Assembly (NCBI GenBank): GCA_002713365.1
Contig: PASR01000002.1
Span: forward strand, 3,133-67,132
From: Rhodospirillaceae bacterium
Lineage (GTDB): Bacteria > Pseudomonadota > Alphaproteobacteria > UBA6615
Length of the DNA: 64,000 bases
Direction of reading: 5' to 3'
Below, piece by piece: positions 1-9,907 of this stretch; within the stretch, counting starts at the first letter, position 1, and each line of letters opens with the position of its first letter. The notes below the pieces were generated by a model. The model saw only the letters and a list, made by a program, of their open reading frames with translations. It was not told the origin of the DNA and did no database searches. Position numbers and translations under genes: made by a program.

Positions 1-456
1 TCGACTGCAGCTCAGATATTTCCTATGGTTTCTAAGGGGGTTGTCGACGGGATGACCGGTCCTGCAGCGCTTGTAACTGTTTTAAAGGTAGATCAGTTTA
101 TAAAACATGGACTGCGTTATCCTGGAGCACTCTTTACTCTAGCATGGACCCCGATACTAAATAAGCAGAAGTGGGATTCTATTTCTGCTGATGATCAAGC
201 GATTATGGAGAAGTATATGGGTGAGCCCATGGCTCGCAGTGTTGCGGGTGAATGGGATCGTCGAAATGTAGCTTCACTGAAAAAGATGGCAGCTGCTGGT
301 GTTTCCATCAAAGATGCTAGTCCAGCTTTTGTTGCTGCAATTGAAGCTCGTACAGCTTTTTTTACTGAGCAGTGGCTAGAGCGGGCCGAGAAGCGAGGTG
401 TTGATGGGCCAGCAGCGTTAGCGTATTTCCGACAGCAGTTAAAAGAGGCGCAATAG
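1..456 (+). CDS. TRAP transporter substrate-binding protein (DctP type), C-terminal fragment, open to the window edge
   Basis: Frame 1 is open from nt 1, so the gene starts upstream of the window; stop TAG at 454-456. The product is a soluble Ala/Lys-rich C-terminus. It is followed directly by DctQ- and DctM-type membrane genes in the canonical TRAP order. Confidence 0.6.
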   Translation, partial: STAAQIFPMVSKGVVDGMTGPAALVTVLKVDQFIKHGLRYPGALFTLAWTPILNKQKWDSISADDQAIMEKYMGEPMARSVAGEWDRRNVASLKKMAAAGVSIKDASPAFVAAIEARTAFFTEQWLERAEKRGVDGPAALAYFRQQLKEAQ

Positions 457-474
457 TTAAAGCTTTTATCAGCT

Positions 475-969
475 ATGACGGATCTTGATCCGGGAATATC
501 AGACAACAATGATGAAGGTGTTGGCCCGATGCGAATTCTGGTTGCCGTCTTCATTGGTCTGATGCTCCTCGTTGGCAGTACTGATGTAATATTACGTTAT
601 TTTTTTAATGCTCCTCTTAGCTGGGGCTTACCAGTTGTTGGATTGTTACTAGGTCTTACCGTTTTTTGTGGTTTGCCGATTATTAGTCGGGATGATGAAC
701 ATATTACGGTTGGACTACTAGATCGTTGGATGCGGGGTCGAAGCCTTCTCATCCAAAACCTTACTGTTCATGTTGTTAGTATAGCTGCTACGTTGTTTAT
801 TGCTGAACGCATGTACTCCTACGGGACAGTCAGTTTTGAAGGTGATACGCAACACATGATGATCGATATCCCGATCTGGCCTTTCGCATATATATTTGCT
901 TTATTAGCACTGATCTCCGCGCTCTACATTCTACGCAACCTCTATTACTCGATAAGGTCCAGAACGTGA
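475..969 (+). CDS. dctQ: TRAP transporter small permease (DctQ family)
   Basis: 164 aa with about four hydrophobic helices. Size and position between the binding protein and the DctM gene fit DctQ. Its stop overlaps the next start (GTGA at 966-969). An internal Met at nt 529 (MRILVAV...) is an alternative start. Confidence 0.7.
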   Translation: MTDLDPGISDNNDEGVGPMRILVAVFIGLMLLVGSTDVILRYFFNAPLSWGLPVVGLLLGLTVFCGLPIISRDDEHITVGLLDRWMRGRSLLIQNLTVHVVSIAATLFIAERMYSYGTVSFEGDTQHMMIDIPIWPFAYIFALLALISALYILRNLYYSIRSRT

Positions 970-2258
970 TTGAAACTTTGATCGGGTTCTCGGCACTTAT
1001 CTTGCTACTCCTCGCTCGTGTTCCGCTGGGCTTTGCTATGCTGCTGGTGGGCGTTATTGGAACTTCGGTTGTCCGCAGCCCGACCGCTGCCCTGATGGGC
1101 GCCAGTACAACAATATTTGAGATCGCGATTTCACCGTCTTTTGTAGTGCTTCCGTTATTCATGTTGATGGGAGCATTTGTTACTCAAGCTCGTCTATCGG
1201 ATGACCTTTATGACGCTGCTCATGCTTGGCTAGGTCATTTCAAGGGTGGTTTGGCTATGTCGACTGTGGCAGCTAGTGGCGGCTTTGCTGCAGTGTCGGG
1301 TAATTCTGTAGCGACGGTCGTGACCATGGCGAAAGTTGCCTTACCTTCTATGCGACGGTACAAATATGGCGATAGTCTGGCTGCAGGAACAATTGCAGCC
1401 GGGGGTACTTTGGGTATTCTTATACCGCCAAGTAACGCCCTTATCATTTATGGCTTACTTACAGAGAGTGATGTAGGAAAACTGTTTATTGCAGGAATTA
1501 TACCAGGCTTAGTAACTATTCTTTTATATATCGGAGTTGTTCAAGTAGTGGTTACGGTGAAGCCACAGCTAGGTCCACGCGCTGATCGTAGTAGCTGGTC
1601 TAGGAGGGTTCGTACACTCGGGTCAATATGGGGAGTGCTAGCTCTATTCTTAGGAATTATGTTTGGTATTTCATTAGGTATTTTTACTCCGACCGAGGCT
1701 GGTGCTGCGGGAGCTTTGGGTGCTCTGTTATTCGCGATTGGTCGGAGACGTATGTCATGGAGAGGGCTTTACCGTTCGCTGTTTGATGCTGGTAAAACAA
1801 CGGCTATGCTTTTCACGGTGATCTTTGGTGCATTAGTATTGAACCAGTTCGTTGTTTTGACAGGAGTCGGGAATACATTATCGGAATTTGTAACCTCACT
1901 TGACGCGGGACCGACGGTCTCGATATTCGCTATACTAGGAATACTAATCATTCTCGGGATGTTCATTGAGGGGTTAGCGATGATCTTACTAGTGGTACCA
2001 ATATTTGTACCAATAGTTGACGCAATGGGCATAGATCTGATTTGGTTTGGTATTTTCTTGGTAATAGCGGTGGAAATGAGTCTGGTTACCCCGCCCATAG
2101 GCATAAATGCTTTTATCCTAAAATCTATGCTTAAGGATGTTGAGTTGTCGACAATATTTGCTGGCATTGCACCGTTCTTCGCCGCTGATGTTTTGCGCTT
2201 AATTTTGTTGATAATGTTTCCCGCTTTGGCGCTCTGGCTTCCTAGCTTATTGAGTTGA
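966..2258 (+). CDS. dctM: TRAP transporter large permease (DctM family)
   Basis: 430 aa polytopic protein with DctM-like stretches (GGLAMSTVAASGGFAAVSGNSVATV, GTLGILIPPS, VTPPIGINAF). Translationally coupled to dctQ. Confidence 0.9.
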   Translation: MIETLIGFSALILLLLARVPLGFAMLLVGVIGTSVVRSPTAALMGASTTIFEIAISPSFVVLPLFMLMGAFVTQARLSDDLYDAAHAWLGHFKGGLAMSTVAASGGFAAVSGNSVATVVTMAKVALPSMRRYKYGDSLAAGTIAAGGTLGILIPPSNALIIYGLLTESDVGKLFIAGIIPGLVTILLYIGVVQVVVTVKPQLGPRADRSSWSRRVRTLGSIWGVLALFLGIMFGISLGIFTPTEAGAAGALGALLFAIGRRRMSWRGLYRSLFDAGKTTAMLFTVIFGALVLNQFVVLTGVGNTLSEFVTSLDAGPTVSIFAILGILIILGMFIEGLAMILLVVPIFVPIVDAMGIDLIWFGIFLVIAVEMSLVTPPIGINAFILKSMLKDVELSTIFAGIAPFFAADVLRLILLIMFPALALWLPSLLS

Positions 2259-2288
2259 GTTCAGTTCTCTATCTCTATGAATTCAATG

Positions 2289-3056
2289 TTATTCTCGTAC
2301 CAATTCAAAGAACCCATTCTGGCCCCATGGCCCATCAATCATTTCTTGGCAGGTTGATAACATGGCGCCCTGCATCTCGTCAGTTGGGATCACCAGGTAA
2401 TATCTGACACTAAACTTTCTCCAAAGCATTGCGAAAGCATTTAATCCGTAAGGAACATGTACTTTAATCTCGCAGAGACGTTTGCTGATTTGTTTGTATA
2501 TAGTGCCTTGGCGGGACGCATGATTATAAAGCACTAAAGACTGCTTTCTTTGAACAAAAAAGTTAAGGTCTGACCAATACAAGAATTTGGGCCCTTTATT
2601 GCTGAGCGGCCTTGGATTAGTTCCTTCAAGGCCATTGTCTGGATCAAAAAACACAATATCAGCCTCCCTTGTTTCTAATACGCAATCGGACAGCCACTTT
2701 TCTCTGGCATCTTTTCTCATTTTGTGTCCCCTCTTGCTGGACAAAGAGCAAAAATGGCTCATATCTAGTGGTTCACTATGAAACAAAGTATTGGCGCCTA
2801 GAATCTTCGATTTTTCAATCGCCGCTATGTTTCTTTGTTTAGTTGAGATTAGTTTTTCCATTTCGCCATACAAAACTGGATCGCAGTGACGAAATTCATC
2901 GCGTCCGATATATGCAATGTGCTTACCGTCAGAATTGTGTGTCTCATCCGGAAATAAATACCAAGCAAGCGCTGTGGTGAATCCAGCTTTAGTAAGTTGT
3001 CGCATCAGTCCGTATTTAGAAAAATCTCCAACATCACCAGTGTATCTATTCTGCAT
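2289..3056 (-). CDS. Uncharacterised 255-aa cytoplasmic protein; N-terminal GDVGDFSKYGLMRQL motif and central FFDPDNGLE motif
   Basis: Long ORF with protein-like composition and no hydrophobic segments. It is convergent with dctM and bounded by a 224-nt AT-rich spacer. I do not recognise a named family; the motif layout loosely recalls RlmJ-type methyltransferases (see findings). Confidence 0.6.
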   Translation of the reverse strand: MQNRYTGDVGDFSKYGLMRQLTKAGFTTALAWYLFPDETHNSDGKHIAYIGRDEFRHCDPVLYGEMEKLISTKQRNIAAIEKSKILGANTLFHSEPLDMSHFCSLSSKRGHKMRKDAREKWLSDCVLETREADIVFFDPDNGLEGTNPRPLSNKGPKFLYWSDLNFFVQRKQSLVLYNHASRQGTIYKQISKRLCEIKVHVPYGLNAFAMLWRKFSVRYYLVIPTDEMQGAMLSTCQEMIDGPWGQNGFFELVRE

Positions 3057-3280
3057 TCATGAATCCAAATTTTACGTTTTCATTTGGGTCGAAATTTTAT
3101 TATTCTCTTAATAGATTTACCTCTATATATCTTCCTATTTATATATTGACTATGGAAAAGCTCTCAACCGCTATGTTAAGAAATCAAAGTAAATTCGTTC
3201 GCTTAGGCGTCGTTGTTGAGTTCAGTTTGTAAAAGTTGACTGGCCTAATTTATATATTAATTACAATTGGGAGATAAGCA

Positions 3281-3931
3281 ATGCTCAAGATTTGGGGACG
3301 TAAAGATGGATCGAACGTTATCAAGGTGACGTGGTGCCTTGGAGAGATTGGCGTTGACTACGAACGGATCGACTGGGGTGGTGTATTTGGTGGCAATGAT
3401 GACCCTACATACCGAGCTAAGAATCCTAATGGCCGACTTCCCACCCTAGAGGAAGATGATGGCTTCACGCTTTGGGAATCCGGCGCTGTAATGCGCTATC
3501 TTTGCGCAGAATACAGTATGGGTGAACTATATCCCCAAAATTTACGTGCACGCGCAGCGGCTGATAAATGGATGGATTGGAGCTCGATCAATCTAGCGCC
3601 TTTCAATGGGGTATATTTGGAAGAAATTCTACAGAAATCTGCCGCTGAACGAGATGAACTGCGCCTAGCAGCTGCGATAAAGCAGGCTGGCTTGATGTAT
3701 GATATCTTAGACGCACATTTGGTAGATAATGATTATATGTGCGGAGAGAAGCTGACTATGGCAGACTTTCCGTTGGGTTCGTTAACTGATCGTTGGATTA
3801 ACTGGACGCCAAACCGGCCCTCCCATCCAAATGTTGAGGCCTATTATGAGCGCCTCGCCTCACGTCCAGCCTATCGACAACACGTTATAGAAGTCAACGC
3901 GTCGAGGTGGCAGAAAATCCAAAAGGGCTGA
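3281..3931 (+). CDS. Glutathione S-transferase
   Basis: 216 aa. The N-terminal thioredoxin-like GST domain shows NPNGRLPTLEEDDGFTLWESGAVMRYL (G-site, cis-Pro region, ESxAI-like motif), followed by a helical C-terminal domain. SD GGGAGA lies 7 nt upstream of the ATG. Confidence 0.85.
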   Translation: MLKIWGRKDGSNVIKVTWCLGEIGVDYERIDWGGVFGGNDDPTYRAKNPNGRLPTLEEDDGFTLWESGAVMRYLCAEYSMGELYPQNLRARAAADKWMDWSSINLAPFNGVYLEEILQKSAAERDELRLAAAIKQAGLMYDILDAHLVDNDYMCGEKLTMADFPLGSLTDRWINWTPNRPSHPNVEAYYERLASRPAYRQHVIEVNASRWQKIQKG

Positions 3932-3995
3932 TTTCTAGCAAAACATAAGTTGTTTACTACTGGATTAACTGGGCTAATTTCTGTAAATTTACTTT

Positions 3996-6900
3996 ATGAA
4001 ACTATATTTAATTCTTTATGGTATGTATTTGCTTTTTCGTTTTGCTTGCTGGCGGAACGCTGAGTTTCGTGACCGTCTGAAAACTAAAAACATAAGGGTT
4101 CAGATTCGAACACAAGATGGTAAGCATGGTCGTATATTCATATTTAAGGATGGGCATGTAAGTTCAAAGGTCGGGGTGCATTCTTCGGCTGATTTCTCTC
4201 TTGTTTTCAAAACTTATGCAATTGCTGTGAAATTGCTAATGCCTCCAATCAACCAATTAGAACAAATTGAGGCGATGAAAAACTTTCTTTTTCATCCAGA
4301 AGGAAAAGATGAAGACAGTGTTTGGTTCGCGCAGACGGTGATGACGGCTATTAGTACTAGGTGGAAGCATGGTACCGCGGCAGGTGATGGAACCACACGG
4401 TATTGTACTATTACAAATGGTGGCCCACTATTTGTTTATGTTAAAGACGAAAAAATTGTTCGTACGACACCTATTATTTTTAATAATGATGATGCGATGT
4501 CCTATTCCATCCATGCACATGGAAAAACCTTTAATCCCCCAAGGCAAACATCGCTTTCGCCGCATGGCATGAACTGGAAGTCAATGGTTTATGCACCAAA
4601 TAGACTTCTAACCCCCATGAAACGTGTTGATTTTGATCCGAACGGTGAACGTAATATCATCAACAGGGGAGTATCAGGGTATGAACCCATTAGCTGGGAT
4701 GAGGCATTTGACCTGGTAGCATCTGAGATCAAACGTATGAAGCGGGACTATGGTCAAGGTGCGATCGCCCAATCTAATGGCTCTCATCATACTTGGGGAA
4801 ATATAGGTTACTATTTAAGTGCCAAAATGCGTTTTATGAATGCTATTGGTACTACCGAAGTTCACCATAACCCAGATAGTTGGGAGGGCTGGTATTGGGG
4901 GGCGGTTCATCATTGGGGTGGAAGTTTACGTGTTGGAGGGGGCGAACCCTTCGGTACTATGGAAGATTGTTTGAAAAATGCTGAGATGATTGTCTTTTGG
5001 TCGAGTAATCCCGAAGCCACAAACGGTATATATTCTGGTTTTGAAGGATCAATTCGCCGAAAGTGGTTAAAAGAATTAGACCTAAAAATAGTGCACATTG
5101 ATCCACATCTAAATGATACAGCACAATTTCTAGGCGGCAAGTGGATAGCGCCTAGGCCAACTACTTCGCCAGCCTTGGCACTTGCCATTGCTAACGTTTG
5201 GATGAATGAAGATCTTTATGACAAAGACTATGTTGCAAATCGAACACAGGGCTTTGAGGCCTGGAGTGATTACGTTCTTGGAAAAGAGGATGGAGTAGAA
5301 AAATCACCGGAATGGCAGGAGCAAGAAACGGGCGTATCTGCCAAAGATGTACGAGCATTGGCACGTGAATGGGCGTCAAAACGTACATATTTAGCCGCAG
5401 GTGGCATGGGCAATACATTCGGAGGTGCAGCGCGAAACCCTACTGGTAGCCAGTGGACACGAACTATGGTTTGCCTGATTGCAATGCAAGGTTTGGGTAA
5501 GCCGGGTATTAACGTTGGCAATATGCAATTAGGCGTGCCACATGATTTTAGCTTTTATTTTCCTGGGTATGCTGATGGTGGAATATCTGGCGATCTGAAT
5601 AATACAGCTCTTGCTGTAAGTCTTTACCAACGGATGCCTCAGCTAGCAACTATAAACCCGTCGAGCCAAAAAATCCCGCGTCTTAAATTACCTGATGCAA
5701 TAATTGATGGTCATACCGAAGGTCACCTTTGGGACGCAAGAACAATTGAAGGACAATTTTCTGAAGCAGTTTATCCGGCCCCTGGTCATTCGCCGGTTCA
5801 TATGTTGTACCGTTATGGAAACTCGATATTGGGTACACTTAGCGATGCTAACCGTTACGTTTCAATGTATCGTTCACCAAATTTAGAATTTGTTGTTAAC
5901 CAATCTATATGGGATGAGGGTGATACTCAATTTGCCGATGTTATTTTGCCTGCCTGTACTCATTTGGAGCGCACGGATATAGGAGAATGGGCTAATGCTG
6001 GTGGCTATGGAGCGAACTTTAATTCACAAGTTAATCATCGTGTAATTGCTTTTCAATCCAAATGTATTGAGCCGCTAGGTGAGAGTAAATCAGACTATGA
6101 TATCTTCGCTGGCATAGCCACACGATTAGGTCTTGGCAGTTACTTCACAGAAGGAATGCGAGACATTGATTGGGTTAAACGAATGTTTGATGCATCGGAT
6201 TTGCCTGGTCATATATCTTGGAAAAAATTTATGCAAAAGGGTTACTTTGTGGTGCCTCCAGAAAGAGAAGACCTGCGATCTCCAACAGCATATAACTGGT
6301 TTGCAGAAGGGCGTAAAAAAGATGTCCCTGAAGCAATGCCGTTACCTGGAGATTATACCGAAGAATTTGGTGAAGGACTGCAGACACAAAGTAGCAAGTT
6401 CGAATTTGAATGCGAAAGTTTAAAAAGGTATAACCCTAGTGATGATGAAAGAACACCAATTCCTAAGTATTCTAGGTCTTGGGAAGGACCACACATACCG
6501 GAGCTAAAAGAGTTTCCTCTGCGTATGATAACACCTCATGGACGTTATAGTTTCCATACCCAAGGTGATGGCAAGGATAGTTATTTAAACGATATTAAGG
6601 ACCATCGTGAATGGATCGATGGGCACTATTATTGGATCATTCGGCTAAATACTGAGGATGCTAAAATCCGTGGTATCAAAGAACATGATCTTGTGCGTGT
6701 ATTTAATAATAGAGGTGCCGTAATTTGTGCCGCACATATCACATCCCGATTGATCCCTGGGGTAGTTCACAGCTATGAATCTTCGGCTGAGTACAAGCCA
6801 ATGGGAAAACCTGGTGAATCTGTCGATCGCGGTGGTTGTGTTAATCTACTGTCGCCGTCCAGAACCCAAATAAAAAATGCCCATTCTATGGCTAACGGAC

Positions 6901-7004
6901 TGTCTATGGTCGAAATTGATAAATGGGACGGAACTATAGAATTTATAAGAAAAGATTCACTTACGAAAGCCCAGGGCTTGAATGAGGAAGGTTCTTTTAA
7001 ATGA
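3996..7004 (+). CDS. Molybdopterin (bis-MGD) oxidoreductase large subunit, pyrogallol-phloroglucinol transhydroxylase-like, with ~115-130 aa N-terminal extension
   Basis: From about residue 133 onward it shows motifs I recall from the Pelobacter acidigallici transhydroxylase alpha subunit: [69 protein letters not shown]. There is no twin-arginine signal and no N-terminal Cys cluster. The stop overlaps the next start (ATGA at 7001-7004). Confidence 0.85.
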   Translation: MKLYLILYGMYLLFRFACWRNAEFRDRLKTKNIRVQIRTQDGKHGRIFIFKDGHVSSKVGVHSSADFSLVFKTYAIAVKLLMPPINQLEQIEAMKNFLFHPEGKDEDSVWFAQTVMTAISTRWKHGTAAGDGTTRYCTITNGGPLFVYVKDEKIVRTTPIIFNNDDAMSYSIHAHGKTFNPPRQTSLSPHGMNWKSMVYAPNRLLTPMKRVDFDPNGERNIINRGVSGYEPISWDEAFDLVASEIKRMKRDYGQGAIAQSNGSHHTWGNIGYYLSAKMRFMNAIGTTEVHHNPDSWEGWYWGAVHHWGGSLRVGGGEPFGTMEDCLKNAEMIVFWSSNPEATNGIYSGFEGSIRRKWLKELDLKIVHIDPHLNDTAQFLGGKWIAPRPTTSPALALAIANVWMNEDLYDKDYVANRTQGFEAWSDYVLGKEDGVEKSPEWQEQETGVSAKDVRALAREWASKRTYLAAGGMGNTFGGAARNPTGSQWTRTMVCLIAMQGLGKPGINVGNMQLGVPHDFSFYFPGYADGGISGDLNNTALAVSLYQRMPQLATINPSSQKIPRLKLPDAIIDGHTEGHLWDARTIEGQFSEAVYPAPGHSPVHMLYRYGNSILGTLSDANRYVSMYRSPNLEFVVNQSIWDEGDTQFADVILPACTHLERTDIGEWANAGGYGANFNSQVNHRVIAFQSKCIEPLGESKSDYDIFAGIATRLGLGSYFTEGMRDIDWVKRMFDASDLPGHISWKKFMQKGYFVVPPEREDLRSPTAYNWFAEGRKKDVPEAMPLPGDYTEEFGEGLQTQSSKFEFECESLKRYNPSDDERTPIPKYSRSWEGPHIPELKEFPLRMITPHGRYSFHTQGDGKDSYLNDIKDHREWIDGHYYWIIRLNTEDAKIRGIKEHDLVRVFNNRGAVICAAHITSRLIPGVVHSYESSAEYKPMGKPGESVDRGGCVNLLSPSRTQIKNAHSMANGLSMVEIDKWDGTIEFIRKDSLTKAQGLNEEGSFK

Positions 7005-7840
7005 AAAAATGGAACCTAATTGTTGATGTTGAAAACTGCACTAACTGCAACGTCTGTACATTAGCTGTACAAGATGAACATGTTGGTAATTCATTCCCTG
7101 GCTATGCGGAAGAAATGCCAAAGCATGGACATCGCTGGATTGAAATTATGCGTAAAGAGCGTGGTGCGGGAAGTGCTACTGATGTCGCATACCTTCCAAC
7201 CATGTGCCAACACTGTGATGATGCTCCGTGTATGAAAGCTGCACCAGATGCAGTTAGTAAACGGCCAGACGGAATAGTGATTATAGACCCGGTTAAAGCC
7301 AAAGGCCGTAAAGACTTGGTGGGTAGTTGTCCCTATGGTGCGATCTGGTGGAATGAAGAAAAGCAAGTGCCACAGCATTGGATTTTTGATGCGCATTTGC
7401 TTGATGCGGGTTGGAAAGAGCCGCGGTGTGTTACGGTATGTGCTACGAACGCCCTACAATCGGTCAAAGTTGACGATGATGAAATGTTGCACCTCATTGA
7501 TAAGCAAGGTCTTGAGGTTCTGCATGAGGAGTATGAAACCAAGCCACGGGTTTATTATAAAAACTTATGGCGTTATACATCTTCATTCATTGCAGGCTCG
7601 TTGTCTGGCATCCGAGATAATAAAATAGAATGTCTTGAAGGTCTTGAAGTTCAGTTGGTCTTTGATAACGAAAACGTAGAAACACAAAATACTGATAATT
7701 TTGGAGATTTTAAGTTTGATAAACTGAAAGCTAGAGGCCAAACCTACCAAGTTCAGGTAATTGATAAGGGTAAAATAGTTAAAACTATTGATGTTATATT
7801 GGACCAGTCCATAAATATTGGTGAAATTATTTTAGAATAA
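7001..7840 (+). CDS. Iron-sulfur (4Fe-4S) beta subunit of the molybdoenzyme, with C-terminal Ig/carboxypeptidase-regulatory-like domain
   Basis: 279 aa with Cys groups [21 protein letters not shown] and CVTVC, typical of 4Fe-4S ferredoxin-type subunits. The Cys-free beta-rich tail ([27 protein letters not shown]...) resembles the BthL-type subunit. Translationally coupled to the alpha gene. Confidence 0.85.
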   Translation: MKKWNLIVDVENCTNCNVCTLAVQDEHVGNSFPGYAEEMPKHGHRWIEIMRKERGAGSATDVAYLPTMCQHCDDAPCMKAAPDAVSKRPDGIVIIDPVKAKGRKDLVGSCPYGAIWWNEEKQVPQHWIFDAHLLDAGWKEPRCVTVCATNALQSVKVDDDEMLHLIDKQGLEVLHEEYETKPRVYYKNLWRYTSSFIAGSLSGIRDNKIECLEGLEVQLVFDNENVETQNTDNFGDFKFDKLKARGQTYQVQVIDKGKIVKTIDVILDQSINIGEIILE

Positions 7841-7853
7841 TGTTTACTAGTAG

Positions 7854-8954
7854 TTAATTTATACTACTAGTTGCAGTATCGATAGAATCAGAAAAACTAG
7901 TTGAACCCAGATCTTCTTTGATTTCCTCGATGGTTGGACGTTTCATTCCAAAGATTAGATCATCTAAGGTTAGTTTGCCAATTTTTTCACCATTCCCGTT
8001 TACTATTATAGTTTGGCTTGTAGATTGTTCTGCAAATACTTGAAGTGCTTGCTCCAATGTTGTGGAACTAAGCATATTTGGCCCATTGGCATATGTATCA
8101 AGAGGTTTCATTAACGTGTGAACACGTAGTACTCTAGCGCGGTTTATGTCTTTCATAAAATCTGCGACATATGTATCAACTGGCTTCATCAATATATTTT
8201 GAGGGTTATCAGTCTGTATGATTTCACCATCACGGAGAATAGCGATATTATCTCCAATGCGTAGTGCTTCATCTAGATCATGTGTGATAAAAACAATCGT
8301 TTTTTTAAGTTCTTCCTGTAGGTCTAGAAGAATATCCTGCATTTCAGTTCTTATCAGTGGATCGAGCGCTGAAAAGGCTTCATCCATTAATAAAATTTCA
8401 GCATCCGTGGTTAGAGCTCTGGCCAGTCCCACACGTTGTTGCATGCCGCCAGAAAGCTGCGCCGGGTAGTAATTCTCATATCCAGATAGTCCTACGCGTT
8501 CAATCCAGCGAGTAGCACGTTTCTTTATTTCTAGCTGGTTAATACCCTGTATTTCTAGGCCATAGCCTGTGTTTTCTATGATTGTACGGTGAGGAAATAG
8601 TCCAAAACGCTGAAATACCATGGACATTTTGTGACGGCGTAATTCTCTAAGTTCTTTTGCATCCATAGCTAGTACGTCCGCTCCATCAATTAGTACTTCA
8701 CCAGATGTAGGTTCAATTAGTCGGTTAAGAAGGCGAATTAAGGTGGATTTGCCCGAACCAGATAGACCCATGACCACTTGAACTTTATTCTGTTCCATCT
8801 CCAGATTAATATCGCTAAGGCCTAGAACATGACCTGTTAGTTCTAATAGTTCATCTTTTTCCATGCCCTTTCGGACACGATTCATGGCACCTTCTGGATC
8901 TCGTCCAAAAATCTTGTAGAGATGCCGTATGCTGATAAATGATTCAGTCATCAA
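7854..8954 (-). CDS. proV: Glycine betaine/proline ABC transporter ATP-binding protein with C-terminal CBS-type domain
   Basis: Walker A GLSGSGKST, ABC signature LSGGMQQRV, Walker B ILLMDEAFSALD, plus a ~100-aa C-terminal regulatory tail. ATGA overlap with the upstream permease gene. Confidence 0.9.
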   Translation of the reverse strand: MMTESFISIRHLYKIFGRDPEGAMNRVRKGMEKDELLELTGHVLGLSDINLEMEQNKVQVVMGLSGSGKSTLIRLLNRLIEPTSGEVLIDGADVLAMDAKELRELRRHKMSMVFQRFGLFPHRTIIENTGYGLEIQGINQLEIKKRATRWIERVGLSGYENYYPAQLSGGMQQRVGLARALTTDAEILLMDEAFSALDPLIRTEMQDILLDLQEELKKTIVFITHDLDEALRIGDNIAILRDGEIIQTDNPQNILMKPVDTYVADFMKDINRARVLRVHTLMKPLDTYANGPNMLSSTTLEQALQVFAEQSTSQTIIVNGNGEKIGKLTLDDLIFGMKRPTIEEIKEDLGSTSFSDSIDTATSSIN

Positions 8955-9835
8955 TGATCTAGCCCTTGGTGCTTTTGAAGACGCTTTCCTAATCGCTGGG
9001 TGACACGATCAAAAATAATTGCCAGTGCTACTATCGCAAGCCCATTCATAAGGCCAAGAGCTAGATACTGATTAGAAACTGCCTGCAATACAGGGATTCC
9101 AAGTCCCTTTACACCAATCATTGAAGCAATCACCACCATAGATAGAGCCATCATTATTGTTTGGTTCACACCTGCGAAGATATTTGGTAGAGCAAGTGGC
9201 ATTTGTACCCCAAAAAGACGTTGTAGAGTGTTGGCGCCAAACGCATCGGCCGCTTCCAGTACTTCTCTATCAACTAGACGGATTCCTAGGTTAGTCAGAC
9301 GTACGATAGGCGGGAGCGCGTAAATACATACTGCTAATAGGCCAGGCACCTTTCCGATTCCAAGTAACATAACTACAGGTATAAGGTAGACAAAGGAGGG
9401 TATTGTCTGCATGACATCAAGAATTGGTGTGATAATTCCTTGAATTCGGTCGGAACGGGACATCAGTATACCGATAGGAATGCCTATCCCAATACAAATC
9501 AAAGTAGCTGCAGATATTATTGCAAGTGTCGACATTGTATCTTTCCACATGCCGAGGTAACCAATAGCTAAAAAACACAGTGCAGACCCAATGACAATTA
9601 CTTTGCTTCGGGAACCCATCCACGCGAATAAAGCTATGACTAATATGATTATCGGCCATGGAGCGGTAATCATTAGTTTTTCTAACCAAATCAAAAACTG
9701 TAGTAGGGGATTAAAAAAATTTTCTAGCGCTTCACCATACTCACGTGAAAAATCTCGAAACCCGTTATCAATAGTGCGCCGCAACTCCATAAGGTCGCGT
9801 CGACTAAGTGACGGAAAATCGTCAAAGAAACTCAT
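8951..9835 (-). CDS. proW: Glycine betaine/proline ABC transporter permease
   Basis: 294 aa. ProW-like N-terminus (DDFPSL...LENFFNPLL) and a BPD-type permease core with an EAA-like loop (EAADAFGANTLQRLFGVQMPLALP). Confidence 0.9.
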   Translation of the reverse strand: MSFFDDFPSLSRRDLMELRRTIDNGFRDFSREYGEALENFFNPLLQFLIWLEKLMITAPWPIIILVIALFAWMGSRSKVIVIGSALCFLAIGYLGMWKDTMSTLAIISAATLICIGIGIPIGILMSRSDRIQGIITPILDVMQTIPSFVYLIPVVMLLGIGKVPGLLAVCIYALPPIVRLTNLGIRLVDREVLEAADAFGANTLQRLFGVQMPLALPNIFAGVNQTIMMALSMVVIASMIGVKGLGIPVLQAVSNQYLALGLMNGLAIVALAIIFDRVTQRLGKRLQKHQGLDH

Positions 9836-9851
9836 GGATTCCCCATAGCAT

Positions 9852-9886
9852 ATAACAAATAAAGGGGGACGTCACATACGTCCCCC
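9852..9886 (-). terminator. Intercistronic GC hairpin followed by a U-rich tract between proX and proW (attenuator/terminator or mRNA stabiliser)
   Basis: GGGGGACGT (9864-9872) and ACGTCCCCC (9878-9886) form a perfect 9-bp stem with a 5-nt loop. On the minus-strand RNA the hairpin is followed by UUUAUUUGUUAU. Confidence 0.45.
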
Positions 9887-9907
9887 AGTTTATTTGTCGT
9901 GGTATAA

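Noticed and set aside
195-1162. Antisense shadow ORFs in the track, for example 195..554(-) and 830..1162(-). Analogous cases are 1769..2167(-), 20839..21147(+), 22531..22959(+), 35028..35597(+), 51564..51911(+) and 61768..62313(-).
   Set aside because: Each lies wholly antisense to a gene with strong family motifs. Their composition is low-complexity or Ser/Arg/Pro-rich, typical of reverse-frame translation. None has a plausible SD or a recognisable motif.
7846-7871. The inverted repeat ACTAGTAGT/ACTACTAGT between the convergent molybdoenzyme beta and proV genes, considered as a bidirectional terminator.
   Set aside because: The stem is AT-rich, neither strand has a flanking U-run, and the repeat partly lies inside the proV coding end. 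The evidence is too weak to list as a feature.
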